A stretch of 64,000 bases of DNA from Bugula neritina. Its lineage: Eukaryota; Animalia; Bryozoa. The notes beneath the pieces were generated by a model. That model was not told where the DNA came from. It searched no databases and was given only the letters and a program-made list of their open reading frames with translations. Location: contig OZ037767.1 in the NCBI GenBank assembly GCA_964035545.1, positions 23,762,628 through 23,826,627 of the forward strand, written 5' to 3'. This document shows positions 47,801 through 64,000 of this stretch, one piece after another (position 1 is the first letter of the stretch; each line of letters starts with the position of its first letter). Made by a program: the position numbers and the translations under genes.

Positions 47801-49404
47801 GAATACTACAAGGTGAGTCTTCTTCGTCATATTACATGATGTGTAAAAATGTCTGCAAAAGCTTCCGTTATTCCCTGAATAATTGATAGAACAGTTGTTT
47901 ATCATTGAGAGTTGTGTCATCTTACCAAATGGTCTTGGGGGGGGGGGGAGGACTAGTAGGTTCCTTCCTCTCCAGTTGTTTTTACTATTTTACTGTGCTT
48001 GACAAGTATAATGTTTCTCATTAATATTCTGATTGTGCAGTCTTGCAATGGCAGCTGGTTGTAAAAGAGATAGTTTGTTTCCTAGGTCTTAGTAATAACA
48101 TTCATTGTGGTGAAAAATGTGGGATTCACTATTTTAGATTGAAATCTCAGTACTAGAATGTTAAGTGGGAGGGATATTAGAGTGCAGATATCTTTAGTTT
48201 AATACTATTTTAGTAGAACTCCTACGAGTAAAATTAGCTACAGCTTAGTTCTATAGTAGATCTACTAGCAAAGCATCAGCTTGTTCAGAGAGAATTTAAA
48301 AGATGACAACTTCTAACCATGATTGTCAACAGAGACGACTAACCAATTTTTAAATGTTTATTCTTTAGAACTCTCAATGAAAATTCTGATTGGAAAATAT
48401 TTCACAGCCATTATTGATGTTTATAAGTGTGGTAGTCAATATACATGATTCCTATGTATTGTTTAGTCTTTACTACTAGTCTACTACAGAATATATGGTG
48501 CATTTCTATACATTTGTTAGTGTAATAGTTTTACATATTATTACAGCATCCCATATCCCGATGGTTTGCTAAATATATCTTTGATGATCCTATAAAACAG
48601 TACGAGATGGAGGCCTGTAAAGCTGCCCACACATTTGAAGCTGCTCGAAACAAGTGAGAATATGGCCATATATCTACAAATATGTAACTTGATTTCATGT
48701 TGATGATTATTTTAGTAGAATTGGCTTTTACAGCTGTTCTATAAATTTCACCATGAAAATGCTCTTATCAAAGTGTTTTTGTTGGTCTACAAGTTGTGAA
48801 TTAGCTCAGGAAAAAACCGTTATATTGTAAACTATAAAAGGTCACTGGGTAGTTTAATAAGTAAGAAGGGCTTAAGTGTAAGGTGCCGTAATGGTAAAAC
48901 ATAGATTATAAAAGTTCAACTATATGTTGACTCATGGTCATTTTAACTAGTTTCTATATGCTAACCCTCCTCTCTCTGCAACAGTTTATTCACCTAGTTT
49001 TATTACCTGATGATCACTAATATTTTATTTCATTTCAAATGCAAGCAATAGTATTTCTGTAATACACATTTTCGCGTCAAGTCAATGATTCTGCTGAGAA
49101 CTTTCAAGTACTTTATGCTACTAATACTTGCAGAATATTATCTCAGTGGCCTACATTATGAAATTATAAATTTCAATGATTGATAATATAAGTCATTCAC
49201 TGTATCTCATTATAGCTTTTGAAAACTAATGCATTGTATTTTTCTGCTGGTTGTAGTGCTAGAATCGCACGAGTTAAAGATATGATACATAGAGATGACG
49301 ATTACAGAGCATTTTACTTTGTGCCTGCTGTTGATCCCAGGGCATCTGACAAGGTTGGAACGGAGTTCAAAGACTATAAACTTAACCAACAGGGCAGTCA
49401 CTAG
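44809..49404 (+). CDS. NDUFB5: NADH dehydrogenase (ubiquinone) 1 beta subcomplex subunit 5
   Basis: Exons 44809-44911, 46791-46943, 47751-47812, 48547-48653, 49257-49404. Presequence, [44 protein letters not shown]. Confidence 0.93.
45000..45400. repeat. 6-bp-periodic tract in NDUFB5 intron 1
   Basis: ATAGTT ATACTT ATAGTT; ATCACT ATGACT ATCACT; ATGAGT ATGAGA. Confidence 0.85.
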
Positions 49405-50247
49405 AGTCTGTTAGCAACTCTCTATATATTTACTTCTTCATATGTTTGAAACATCAAGACAATTGCTCTTTGCTATACTAGATTCATGTGACTGAAATTA
49501 TGACGTGTGATGCCAAATTGTAGTTGGAGTTGTGTCCTTTTTTATGCTAATTAACTGGCATACAATTACTTTTTGTATTCGTTTGCAAAGTAGTGTTGGT
49601 AATAAAATGCAGGAATTGAATATAAAATAATTGAAAATTATTTTAAATCTGATATTCTTAAAATTGAAAAAAAATAAGTATATATTTATCATATAGGCGC
49701 CTCAGTAAACTATTTTGTGTGTTAATTGCATTTAATAACTGTTCTCTAAACGCACCAGTCCATGTGTTGGTAGCATATTTAAACATTTATTGACTACATC
49801 TTTTGAAGTACACATCAATGTAGTTGAAATTGATTACTGGTTAACTAAAATAACTATTACATATATATACAATATACGATTTCTACCAGATTCCAGTTGA
49901 TAAGCATCAAGCGTCTCTTAAAACATATTGAAATGGATAAAAATATAAATCAGAACACAGTGGACGGAAATTCATTCAAGCTTAATGAGGGTACAGGAAT
50001 ATAGTGTAGCCAAACCAGAATAGATAGATTTAGGATACTCTAGTATACCTAGTGAAATTTACAGAGAGATAAACATGGTACACAAAATGTGAAAGTGAAA
50101 TAACATAAGATGTACTGGGAATATAGTTTACAACAATTACATAGAAACTGTCACAGTTGGTCATAATTTGAACACGTAGTAAAATAGAAATGATTGGATG
50201 ATAACAATATTATCTGTAAGATTCACTTTTCTTGGAGCAGAAAAATG

Positions 50248-53513
<3,266 letters not shown>

Positions 53514-54019
53514 AACTGCTGCGTAAGCTAAAAGATCAGACTGTGTTTCAGTGTTTCCTGGCTTGAAAACTGTAACCACCACAGATGGAACTTTGCCTGG
53601 TGAAAAATATCAAGAACTACACAGAACCAGCCATAATGCAAATTAAAAACTCTTTTGAGATAAACACTGAAAAAATAGGTTTAAAATCAAATATATGATA
53701 TGCATTGTCAGCCTATTCCACTCTATTAGGTTATATTCTGTTTCACAAATAAGTCGCAGGATATTTGTAACGTTTAAAAATGCTGTGAATATAATTATTG
53801 AACACGGTTAAAAATTGTGATAATACTTAAATGTACAATATAATTTATAAAATATATTATGATACAAAATTGTGAGAAATATGTTAAGAAGTGCAAAGCA
53901 AAGTTTGATAACAAACATGTAAAACATATCTCTACAGGCTGTAAGATGTACACATGATTGTGAGTGATAGAAATGATAAAATATTAAATTCTAAACATCA
54001 ATACATTTTAAATTTTAAT

Positions 54020-54360
54020 AAATACTAATACTTATACTACCAGTATCACCATTATTAGTATCACTATAAATATGATTATCATCATAATTATTTACCAATC
54101 AGATTCATATTAATATTGAACCAGAACTAGAAGCAATAATTAAAATACAAAACTTTAACAAAATGAATTTAATATATTTACAAAACTAAATAACAAATTA
54201 TAAATATAATTATATTTATATATAATAATCGTAAGCACTTTGACTTTATTATAATGATATTGAAAATATAAATTAAAAAATATATATATTAAATTTAATA
54301 TAAATCAATATCAATATGAATATGATTAATCATTATGAATATGAATATAATTGAATATAA
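54020..54360. repeat. 6-bp-periodic AT-rich tract in PDE6D intron 1
   Basis: AATACT AATACT TATACT; AATATC AATATG AATATG. Confidence 0.65.
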
Positions 54361-54442
54361 ACAACGTTTTTAGTTGTTCGATAACTATTCACATTCAAGC
54401 CACTAGCTCTGGTGAGAATACTGAACAGTAAACTCAACTCAC

Positions 54443-54890
54443 GTACCACTAATAATAAGAATCAGCACGCTCGGTCACCACACCAATTCTAAATCAAGTA
54501 ATCGGTATGGCTATTGACAAAGGAATTGATAATCCTTGGATCCTAAAGTTGTTTACATCACTAACGGGAAGACTCGTCAAATGCGAGGTTTAAAATTGAC
54601 GTGTTTTAAAAGCTGAATGTTTTCAATGACAGAAAACTGTGAGAGGTTAATCTATGAAATTTTTTAGTGCTATTGGGAGCGATCCACAGATCCTTTCGAA
54701 CTGCTTTCCACAAATTAACTACTTGAACCAAAGTCCATGATGAAACATTATTGTTGTAGAGTTATCTTCTCCGTCTTGGTCTTGCAAGCAAAATGTTATG
54801 CAACTAAATATTCATTTGACATTTCACTTTTCAGTGTGATAAGACATCTGGCTCTGGCTCTTCTAGAAGTAGACTAGCCCCAAGGGCTAT
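54443..54890. promoter_or_regulatory. Probable bidirectional promoter, PDE6D / C1orf50
   Basis: Head-to-head genes; minus-strand donor AC|GTGAGT at 54442; non-repetitive, CpG-containing island between two periodic tracts. Confidence 0.6.
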
Positions 54891-54899
54891 GGCTATTAA

Positions 54900-55900
54900 A
54901 AATAATTATGATGTTGAGATTATAATAATATTATTATACTCTAAATATCATATCCATGCTATTATTATTATTACTATTACTACTATTAGTATTAGTAATA
55001 TTAAGTCTAATAAGATTTTCATAATCATAATATTAATCATAATGATAATGATATTCATATTGTCATTGATAATTAATTAATTGAATTTGATATTGATAAT
55101 ATTAATCATAATGATAATGTTAAGGGTTGACATTTCAAAGACAAAAGTGTTAGTCACTACCGCTACGACTACTAGTAGAGCAGCACGACTGGTAGTACTA
55201 GTAGTAGTAGTAGTAGTAGTAGACGTAGTGCTTAGAGATAGAGTTGCTGTTGCCGTTGGTGTCATGAACTTGAAGTGTCTGTGATGACTGACTCATGAGT
55301 TGGAGCATCAAATGAAAATGCTGTTGGTGTTATTTATTTTTTATTCAATATCATTATGAATATAGTATTACTATTAGTTTAGTATTAATTAGATATTTAA
55401 TTAATATTTAATATTTATATTGATATAAATATTTATTTTCAATCATATTGATATTCATACTGGTAGTGATGTCTATAAATTTACTAATTAAAATTTAATA
55501 ATAATAATAATCATATTGATATTCATAATCATAATGATAATGATGATTATCATTATTGTTATGGTAATCATATTGTATTTATAGCAGATTCATATTCATA
55601 CTGATAATCATATTGATGATAATATACATGTCTATGGGAGGGTGATTATATATATGGAAGTCAGAGACACGACACAAACTAAGTGTATTATAAGTATTAG
55701 TAATAATAATTAATACTAGTAGTAGTGGTAGTAGTAGTAGTGGTCTTGAAGTTAATTAATAATGATGACCATGATATAAATTTCTAAATTTAATTCTAAT
55801 ATTAATTATATTGTTTTCACATTTTCAAAATCATTTTGTATTTAGACTTTAGATTGAATAATAAATATTTCATATAATTAAATTAATCATGATGATGATG
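54900..55900. repeat. 6-bp-periodic tract upstream of the first coding exon of C1orf50
   Basis: ATAATC ATAATG ATAATG ATATTC ATATTG repeated, plus (GTA)n. Confidence 0.85.
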
Positions 55901-56052
55901 GTTTGTCATTTGGCAAAAATTAGTCAAAAAAATGTAGAAATCAAGTTACTTAGCTAGCATGACTTGAACTGGAATTGTTGATAACTTTTTTATGATCTTT
56001 GTCACTATTTGTAGCAACTCATAGTCAGCTCAGAATCATCGGTTCCAAATTT

Positions 56053-57459
<1,407 letters not shown>

Positions 57460-58551
57460 TGTAGTTGTTGTTAACAATCTGCTTTATTTTATATAAGCTT
57501 TTTATTCGTTGCTTTCGTTTTATATTCAATATTTTCAGAAAATTTTAGTTGGCATTTAATTTAAAAAAATAAAATTTGTATCCAAATCCATACAAAATTT
57601 CACAGTATTATAGCAATATCTAAATGAATGAAACATCGTTATAGCAAAACTTGTGTCAAGTGAGTTTGTTGGGAGTTGAAATAGCTGGAGTGTTTCAGAA
57701 ATTTGTACAACGACTTATTGTAGTGTTTTATATTTCTTCTTTATTTGATCAAAACTTTTAAATAGATAGTGACTAGATACAATTGTTTCAGTGTTTAAAA
57801 TTTAAATACTCATTTCCCAATACCCACAAACATGTACATACATGAGTAAATGGCAATTATAATTAATAAAAACTATAATTTTGTAAGATATTTAGGAATT
57901 GTCTGTCTACGCAACATTGTCATCGTATCAAAATATGCTCTGTTGCAAGAGTCCTAGTATTCGCATAGCGGTTTTGCCGCACATGTTTTTATTTCATAAC
58001 AACCGGTGTCAAGTAAAAGGCAGAAGAATTTTATGGTTTTAAATATTACAATTATTTATATTTAAAATGATGTAATTGAACAAGAACACTGATCAGTAAT
58101 TAGCATTTTAAAAACTATTTTTAATTATTGGTTAAAGTGATACATACGGTGTTGTCAGATATTAATGACGTAAGTAATTTATACCATTACTTGTAGTTGT
58201 TAGTTGATATATTATTAATCATGTTAATATTTTCAGCATGAGACTGAGCATCACAGTCACTTTTTACCCACTAATTTATTTTTATTTATTGAGAATTTAT
58301 CAATTTTATTTAGAAAAAAATTGTATAGATAAATGAAAGTAAAGCCTAAAATATATTTTCTTTTTGCACCACTAAGCTTTGAATTGGTAGAGACTATGAG
58401 GAAAATATTGCTTGCACTTATTACACTAAACGAAATTACGTTTTCAGTATTCAAATGAGCTTTTAAGTAATCTTATTTCAAATAATTTAGTGACAGGTTT
58501 AAATTTAACTTGCTATGTAAAAATTAAATTGGATTTCTTGGTATTTTTAGC

Positions 58552-61500
58552 ATGAGTGAAGAAACGTTGGAGGAAAAAGCTATTCGTCTAGCCACAGCTC
58601 CAAAGTCTCTCAGAAAGGTGAAGATAATACTGATCTAGGCACAAAATTTAATGAAATTGTAAAAATAAATATTTATTCAATTATTACGTTTGAACAGTTG
58701 AGTACAGAGTTGTGTGTTCTATAGCAGCAATACACTGCATATAAGAAACTTGCAACTTACTAAAGTAAAAATAGTTGTTCAGATTTTAAAAAGCTACATG
58801 TAGCTTTATGGGTCATCATCAGGAATAACACTTCTGATGATGACTCATTAAGCTGTTTAGTCAAACACTTGAGGAATTGCTTTATGCAAAAATCTTATTT
58901 TATAGAAACTTTGTCTGAAATTTATTTCAGTATGTTTTGTTGTAATATGATTATGTAAAGTGCGTTTTTGTAAGGTGTTACAATATTCAATTAATCTTAT
59001 AAGTTTCTTCTAGGAGTCAGTTACTCTAAAGTGCTGAAGCACCTGGGCTATATCTAATCAGTCAATGCACCTGGGCTATTTTGAAACATGATCTCTAAAA
59101 GCCTATCATGATACTCCTTTGATATGTCTAGCCTATATGATAGCTATCAATATTATAACTTATCAAATTATATCAATAGTGACAATAATGATAAGCCATG
59201 TTATAAAATAATATTATTGACATCCAAGGATAAATTCGGTCTTTTAGATATGCAAGGTTGTATTTTTGACATATTCCAGGTTCTAATAAATGAGCAAACC
59301 ACTGAAGAAGCCAGAATATCTGCTGCTATAGAAATACAGAGGATTGCTAGAGGTTATATAGTGAGGTATGTTGGCGAACCAGCTGTATGGAAATTTGCTA
59401 GAGTTTTACTCTATTTTCATTATGTTCTCCCGAAATATCAAAACTTTGAAATGTGTATATGTTTTGGCATGTACATGATGAATTTATTGTGTCTACAAAA
59501 AAAAATGAAAACATAATTTGTAAAAAAATAGTTTATATGCAAATTATGGTGTTTTTATAGAAGAGTATACTAAAGTTGTTTTTTATGAAAGATTTTGTAT
59601 GATCGTTTTTTTTAGAAACTTAGGTCCGAGAGCGTACCAGGCATGGAGAGATGAATCTAACTTTACATTGCCTGTAGATGTTAATAGCCTTAGTTCTGTA
59701 CGATTTGTTGAGTCAAACAGAAGAGCTGGTCACCACAATCCTTCACCTACTAGTGAGCACCGAGCTAAGCTAAAACCAAGTTTAACAACAACTGAAGCTG
59801 CTACTAAAATTCAACGATGTTGGCGCAGGCACATTGACATGCAGGTATAAAAAGCTATAGTTGGTTGATTCCACATTCTACTTGACTATTAATAAAGATA
59901 GCATTTTTTATGAACCAGACAGAAAACTTGCTGCTATAACTGGAGAAGATAGTTTAATATTCACTACACTTACACTAAATATGATGCATTAAGTACACAT
60001 ATAATTTCACTTTCTATTCACTACTAAATCTCTTTTACAACTCTATGCATGAGCAGACAATTTTAAAACAGCTAAAACTCTAATGAGTTGTGTTTTTACA
60101 TTTCTTCATAAAATAGCAAATTGCTGTTGATGACTCATGCCTAATTAGTGTTTGGTTAAAACGATTAACATCGTCGAAAGTTAAGCTATAAATAAAAATT
60201 TTTTATCAAGTTGGATTTTTTGGATTGAATCGCTTATTAAGATTTGCATCAGAATGTGTTTTATTATTCTATCAATGAGTCTTCAAAATTAAATTATACA
60301 TGGATAAACATTTTGTGCAATTTTTCAACTGGTTATGTGTGTTGGTGTTTAGGTGTACAAATATTATGAAGATTTGATAAAGTTTAGGAATCAAGGTGAT
60401 CCAGCCCTCATGTTAAAGGCAGTGAATCCTAAAGAAGCTGCTTTGCTAGATGCTGCTTCAGGAACTCATGTTAAATTTAGATTAGCCGGGGTAAGTGGTT
60501 CGGGCTAGCAGAGCTGGATCTAAGTGAGCTAGTAGAGCTGGGTCTAAATCGTATAGACTCTCAAATACTTTCTTAGTTAGGTACTTGAAATAATTTGGTT
60601 TGCCAATGTCACTGACTTGATTTGAATTGTAAATATATATAATTGAATTGTTGCTAGTTTTTGAAATCAACTTATTTTTAACATTCATTGCGATAAAAAA
60701 TTGGGCCAATTAGATAAATCTTCATAATTTATTAACTTTTCAATAAAAATGACTCAATGAAACTTGATTATTTAACACCATTCCAATGCTATAACAGCGA
60801 CTTAACAGTTTTCTGTAATTATTTGAAATTTCAAATTAAATCTAGCTACTTATATAAAATCTGTTATCTACATATTATGAACATAACTGCAAATTTAATA
60901 TACATAGCTAGACTTGACTAAAATCAAATATACAGTTTTATATTATATTATCTATATTCTAAGTTGTCCACATACCTTGTTACAGGATAGATTTCCACCA
61001 AACATATACTACAAAATATACACTCACAGGCCTATTCAAGATCTCTGTGCCAATGCACCAAGAGACTACACAAAGTCTGGCAAACAGAAGGATATGAGAG
61101 GACAGCACAACAGGAACTTCTCTTCACTAAACACAAGCCTAGGTGAGTGGGTAGAGGACAAGTATAATGTTTCTGTGTATCTCTACGGGGCTGAGTAGCC
61201 ACCTGGAGCAAGGGTGGGCAAGAAGGGCAGCAGCAAACAAAAAAGGAGAGTCAGCAAAGAGAGTAGGTTACAACCTGAAATGGTCTAAAAACTAGGGGTG
61301 CTTTAGCTCAACTAAAAACAATTTCTGTAGATTTCTATGGCCAACTAACAGTTAAGTATAGCCTTTAATTTTAATAAAAATGTTCATGGGTGAGGCAAGT
61401 ATCTTAAACCATTGACACTAATAATATGATACTAGTAATGTGACAATATTTATGTGACACTAGTCATAATACATTAATCATGTGACACTATGCTATGCTG

Positions 61501-63891
61501 TAGAGGTTGCATAACTTTGGAATTTGTTCTTCACACATAAAGGTGATTTATTATTGTTGAATTTGACATTACAATGTTGAACATTACATAGCTTCATTAA
61601 AAATAGTTATATAATTTTAATTGTAGCTTCTGTAGAGATACTTTTGTGTTTTATCCTTCTGTAGGTCAAGGTGTTTTTCCTGTAGTAATTATGCTGTCAT
61701 TTCTCTATAGAGTACTTGTTTATTGTATCTATTTATAGGTAAGCATGTAGCATGTTTATAAACTATGTTTTACTATAATGTAGTGTCGTATCTATATAGT
61801 AGCTTTAAAGTTACTTGTACGTATATTATATGTATGACAGAAAGTACAGAAGACTGGTATAAGAGGATAGAAAACAATGGCTGGAGACTCGTCTCTGATA
61901 GACTCATACCCCACATGCTGAGTGACCCAGTCACATGGGCCACCCACAACAAAGTCCTTCCAACCTTCCATCATTCTAAAGTACAGTACTTAGGCTAATT
62001 ATCATTCTGCCTGACTTCACATTTTCTGCATGTAACTTATGATTCCAGCGACTTCGCATAATATAGCTGTTTCAAGGCATACGGCATATATGTTTTGTTT
62101 TATAATTTGTATATTTAGGGTCAATTATTGAGTTTGAAGTTGATTATATGTTATCAGTGTTGCACTTTTCTATATTATAATTTTTGCAACTGAGCTCATA
62201 ATCAAGCAGCCATTGTAGTTGGTTAATTCTTTCTTCTATTACAAAATATTTATCGCTTTTATTTCATACAGATGGGAATTCGGTTTTTGCATTACAAAAC
62301 CAATTGACTATTTGAGGTTTTATTCTTGACATGCGTTTCTTTTTTGCTTCGATCTTCCGTATTTAAGGTTTTTCGTTAACTGTAGCTGGTGAAGACAACT
62401 CTACAAAAGCTGTTCTATAGTCACGGTTGTTTACAGTGCATGTTTAAATAAACTGAATAAAACCACTGATGTTACGCTATAACTTTTCTATGTCATAAAC
62501 TCAAAATATAATACATATATGTTTATCGGGCTGATTATTTTGTGTTTGTAGATGCTAAGAATTCAAGATGTGGAAAAACTTCGCAAGAAAAGAAAAATTG
62601 ATTGGATGAAAAAGCTGTAAGTTTTGCAGTTCTTGTCTAACAATTGATGCATTAGTCAGTGCAACTGCTCTATATCTGTAAATCATCATTTTACTGACAA
62701 ATTTTATTATTTTAAAGTCTATATAAAGTATTTTATCTTTGCAGTCCAAATTTGTTTTTTTTTCTTGGAAACTATGGTACACAAAACGTCTTTAAATTAA
62801 TTTTATGCACTTTTCAAGTACATTTTGGTGCTTGCTCTAATAAATTTAAAGTGCCAAAATTTCTATAAAGAGACTAGCTTAGCAAATATGTATTCCCGCT
62901 ATGCACATGCTATAGTGTTATGTTAGACTTCTACCTATTATACAATAATGTACCATTAATTATAATATATACTAATATACTATTAGTATATATTATACTA
63001 TTAGTATATATTATACTCTTAGTATATTATACTACTATCACACTATAATACTAGTTTCTACTATACAACTGATCAGGTATAAAGAAGGAATGCTGAAGGC
63101 AAAGACGGCTGATCCTGACACAATGGCGCTGGTAGAGGGCGCCACAACCGGCATGGTGGCCACTCTAGAACTGGAAGGAGAGGAGGCCGTAGCCGAGTGG
63201 GAGGTTAGACTCATGTGTTTTCCTGCCAAATGTTTTACAGTTCTGTTTTGTCTGAGTTATATAGTCTAATTTTGGAGTAGATTACAAAGTTATTTATAAT
63301 GCTTTTTAGAGCCCTACATAAAATTAATTAACATGTTCATTGACAAAAGCTACCATTAAATTTTGTCCTCTTAAATATAAGGAATTATACTTTTTCGGAG
63401 GTAACTAAAAGCAATATATTTCCTAATTACTAAATTTGTATACCGGCTAATCACTGTTGAAATTATTTTCTCAAACTACATTTAATATAGAAGATTGAGC
63501 TTGATTGAATTCACTAAAGATGTATGTATGTTACGTCATTGTGTAAAGCAACTAAAAAGAGAGAACGTATATAAAAAGATATTTGCTAATCCCTGCCCTG
63601 TATTGTGAAGCAGTTTTATTAATGTAGCATTAAGATTTCCTGTGCAAGTCTTGAAATTTCTTCCAGGTTGATGAGCTCCTGGATTGGACAACCAGTTTGA
63701 ACTTTGAAGATTACGTTACATCCTGGAAACAAGTGGGCACGAGCTCATTATCCGAGACTACAGTGGAGAAGAGGTACTTTTTTACTTCCAACGGTAAAAC
63801 TGGTGATCATAGAAATACAGAGTCTTTGCCAGTGAACAAGGTCGTACAAGAACATATTAAACCTTCTACAGCAGAAGGCACTGTTAGATAG
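58552..63891 (+). CDS. C11orf65: C11orf65 / MFI homologue with IQ motifs
   Basis: Exons 58552-58617, 59280-59365, 59616-59844, 60353-60490, 60986-61142, 61841-61980, 62552-62616, 63077-63203, 63667-63891. AATKIQRCWR, NPKEAALLDAASGTHVKFRLAG..FPPNIYYKIYTHRP, WYKRIENNGWR, VDELLDWT..LNFEDY...W. Confidence 0.88.
58802..58866. other. 23-bp inverted repeat containing a CTGATGA hammerhead-like core
   Basis: Arms 58802-58824 and 58832-58854, 7-nt loop, three mismatches of which two are G-U compatible. Confidence 0.6.
60116..60182 (+). ncRNA. Degenerate type I hammerhead-ribozyme-like relic
   Basis: CTGTTGA - stem II (TGACT...GGTT) - AAAAC - GAT TAAC ATC - GTC. Two core substitutions and a poor stem I. 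Confidence 0.4.
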
Positions 63892-64000
63892 CGTTATATT
63901 TTTGGACTCGATGCTTCAAGCTTATAGGATTGTTTTACTAACCTCTCAAGTAATTCTGAATTATTTTATTTCAACAGCAGTTCCATCCTGTGCGGCTTTC

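Noticed and set aside
54889-55284. Hydrophobic Ile/Val-rich ORFs (also 45200-45391)
   Set aside because: Artefacts of the NTN periodicity of the hexamer tracts; no splice or homology support.

Overview
AT-rich, compact, intron-containing eukaryotic (invertebrate animal-like) genomic DNA; no prokaryotic features. Ten spliced host genes were reconstructed by hand with GT-AG, phase-consistent exons: an orphan single-pass membrane protein (partial), BLOC1S3, UBE2J1, a glutathionyl-hydroquinone reductase (YqjG/ECM4-like), ISCU, a Sushi-domain membrane protein, a taxilin, NDUFB5, PDE6D, a C1orf50 homologue, plus an eleventh, C11orf65/MFI. The standout is a 5256-bp Ty3/Gypsy-type LTR element (25629-30884, minus strand) in ISCU intron 1. 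It has apparently identical 352-bp LTRs, a 4-bp TSD, a tRNA-Leu PBS, intact gag, a -1 frameshift signal and a protease, but no RT, RNase H or integrase core. In the env position it carries what looks like an intron-containing accessory gene (two zinc fingers, leucine zipper, Arg-rich tail). A second unexplained signal is a degenerate 6-bp-periodic (ATANTN)n tract in the first intron of most housekeeping genes, flanking both bidirectional promoters. Also present: LINE, SINE and MITE relics, degenerate hammerhead-like motifs, and minisatellites that duplicate splice sites. All calls come from manual reading and recalled motifs; no searches were run.
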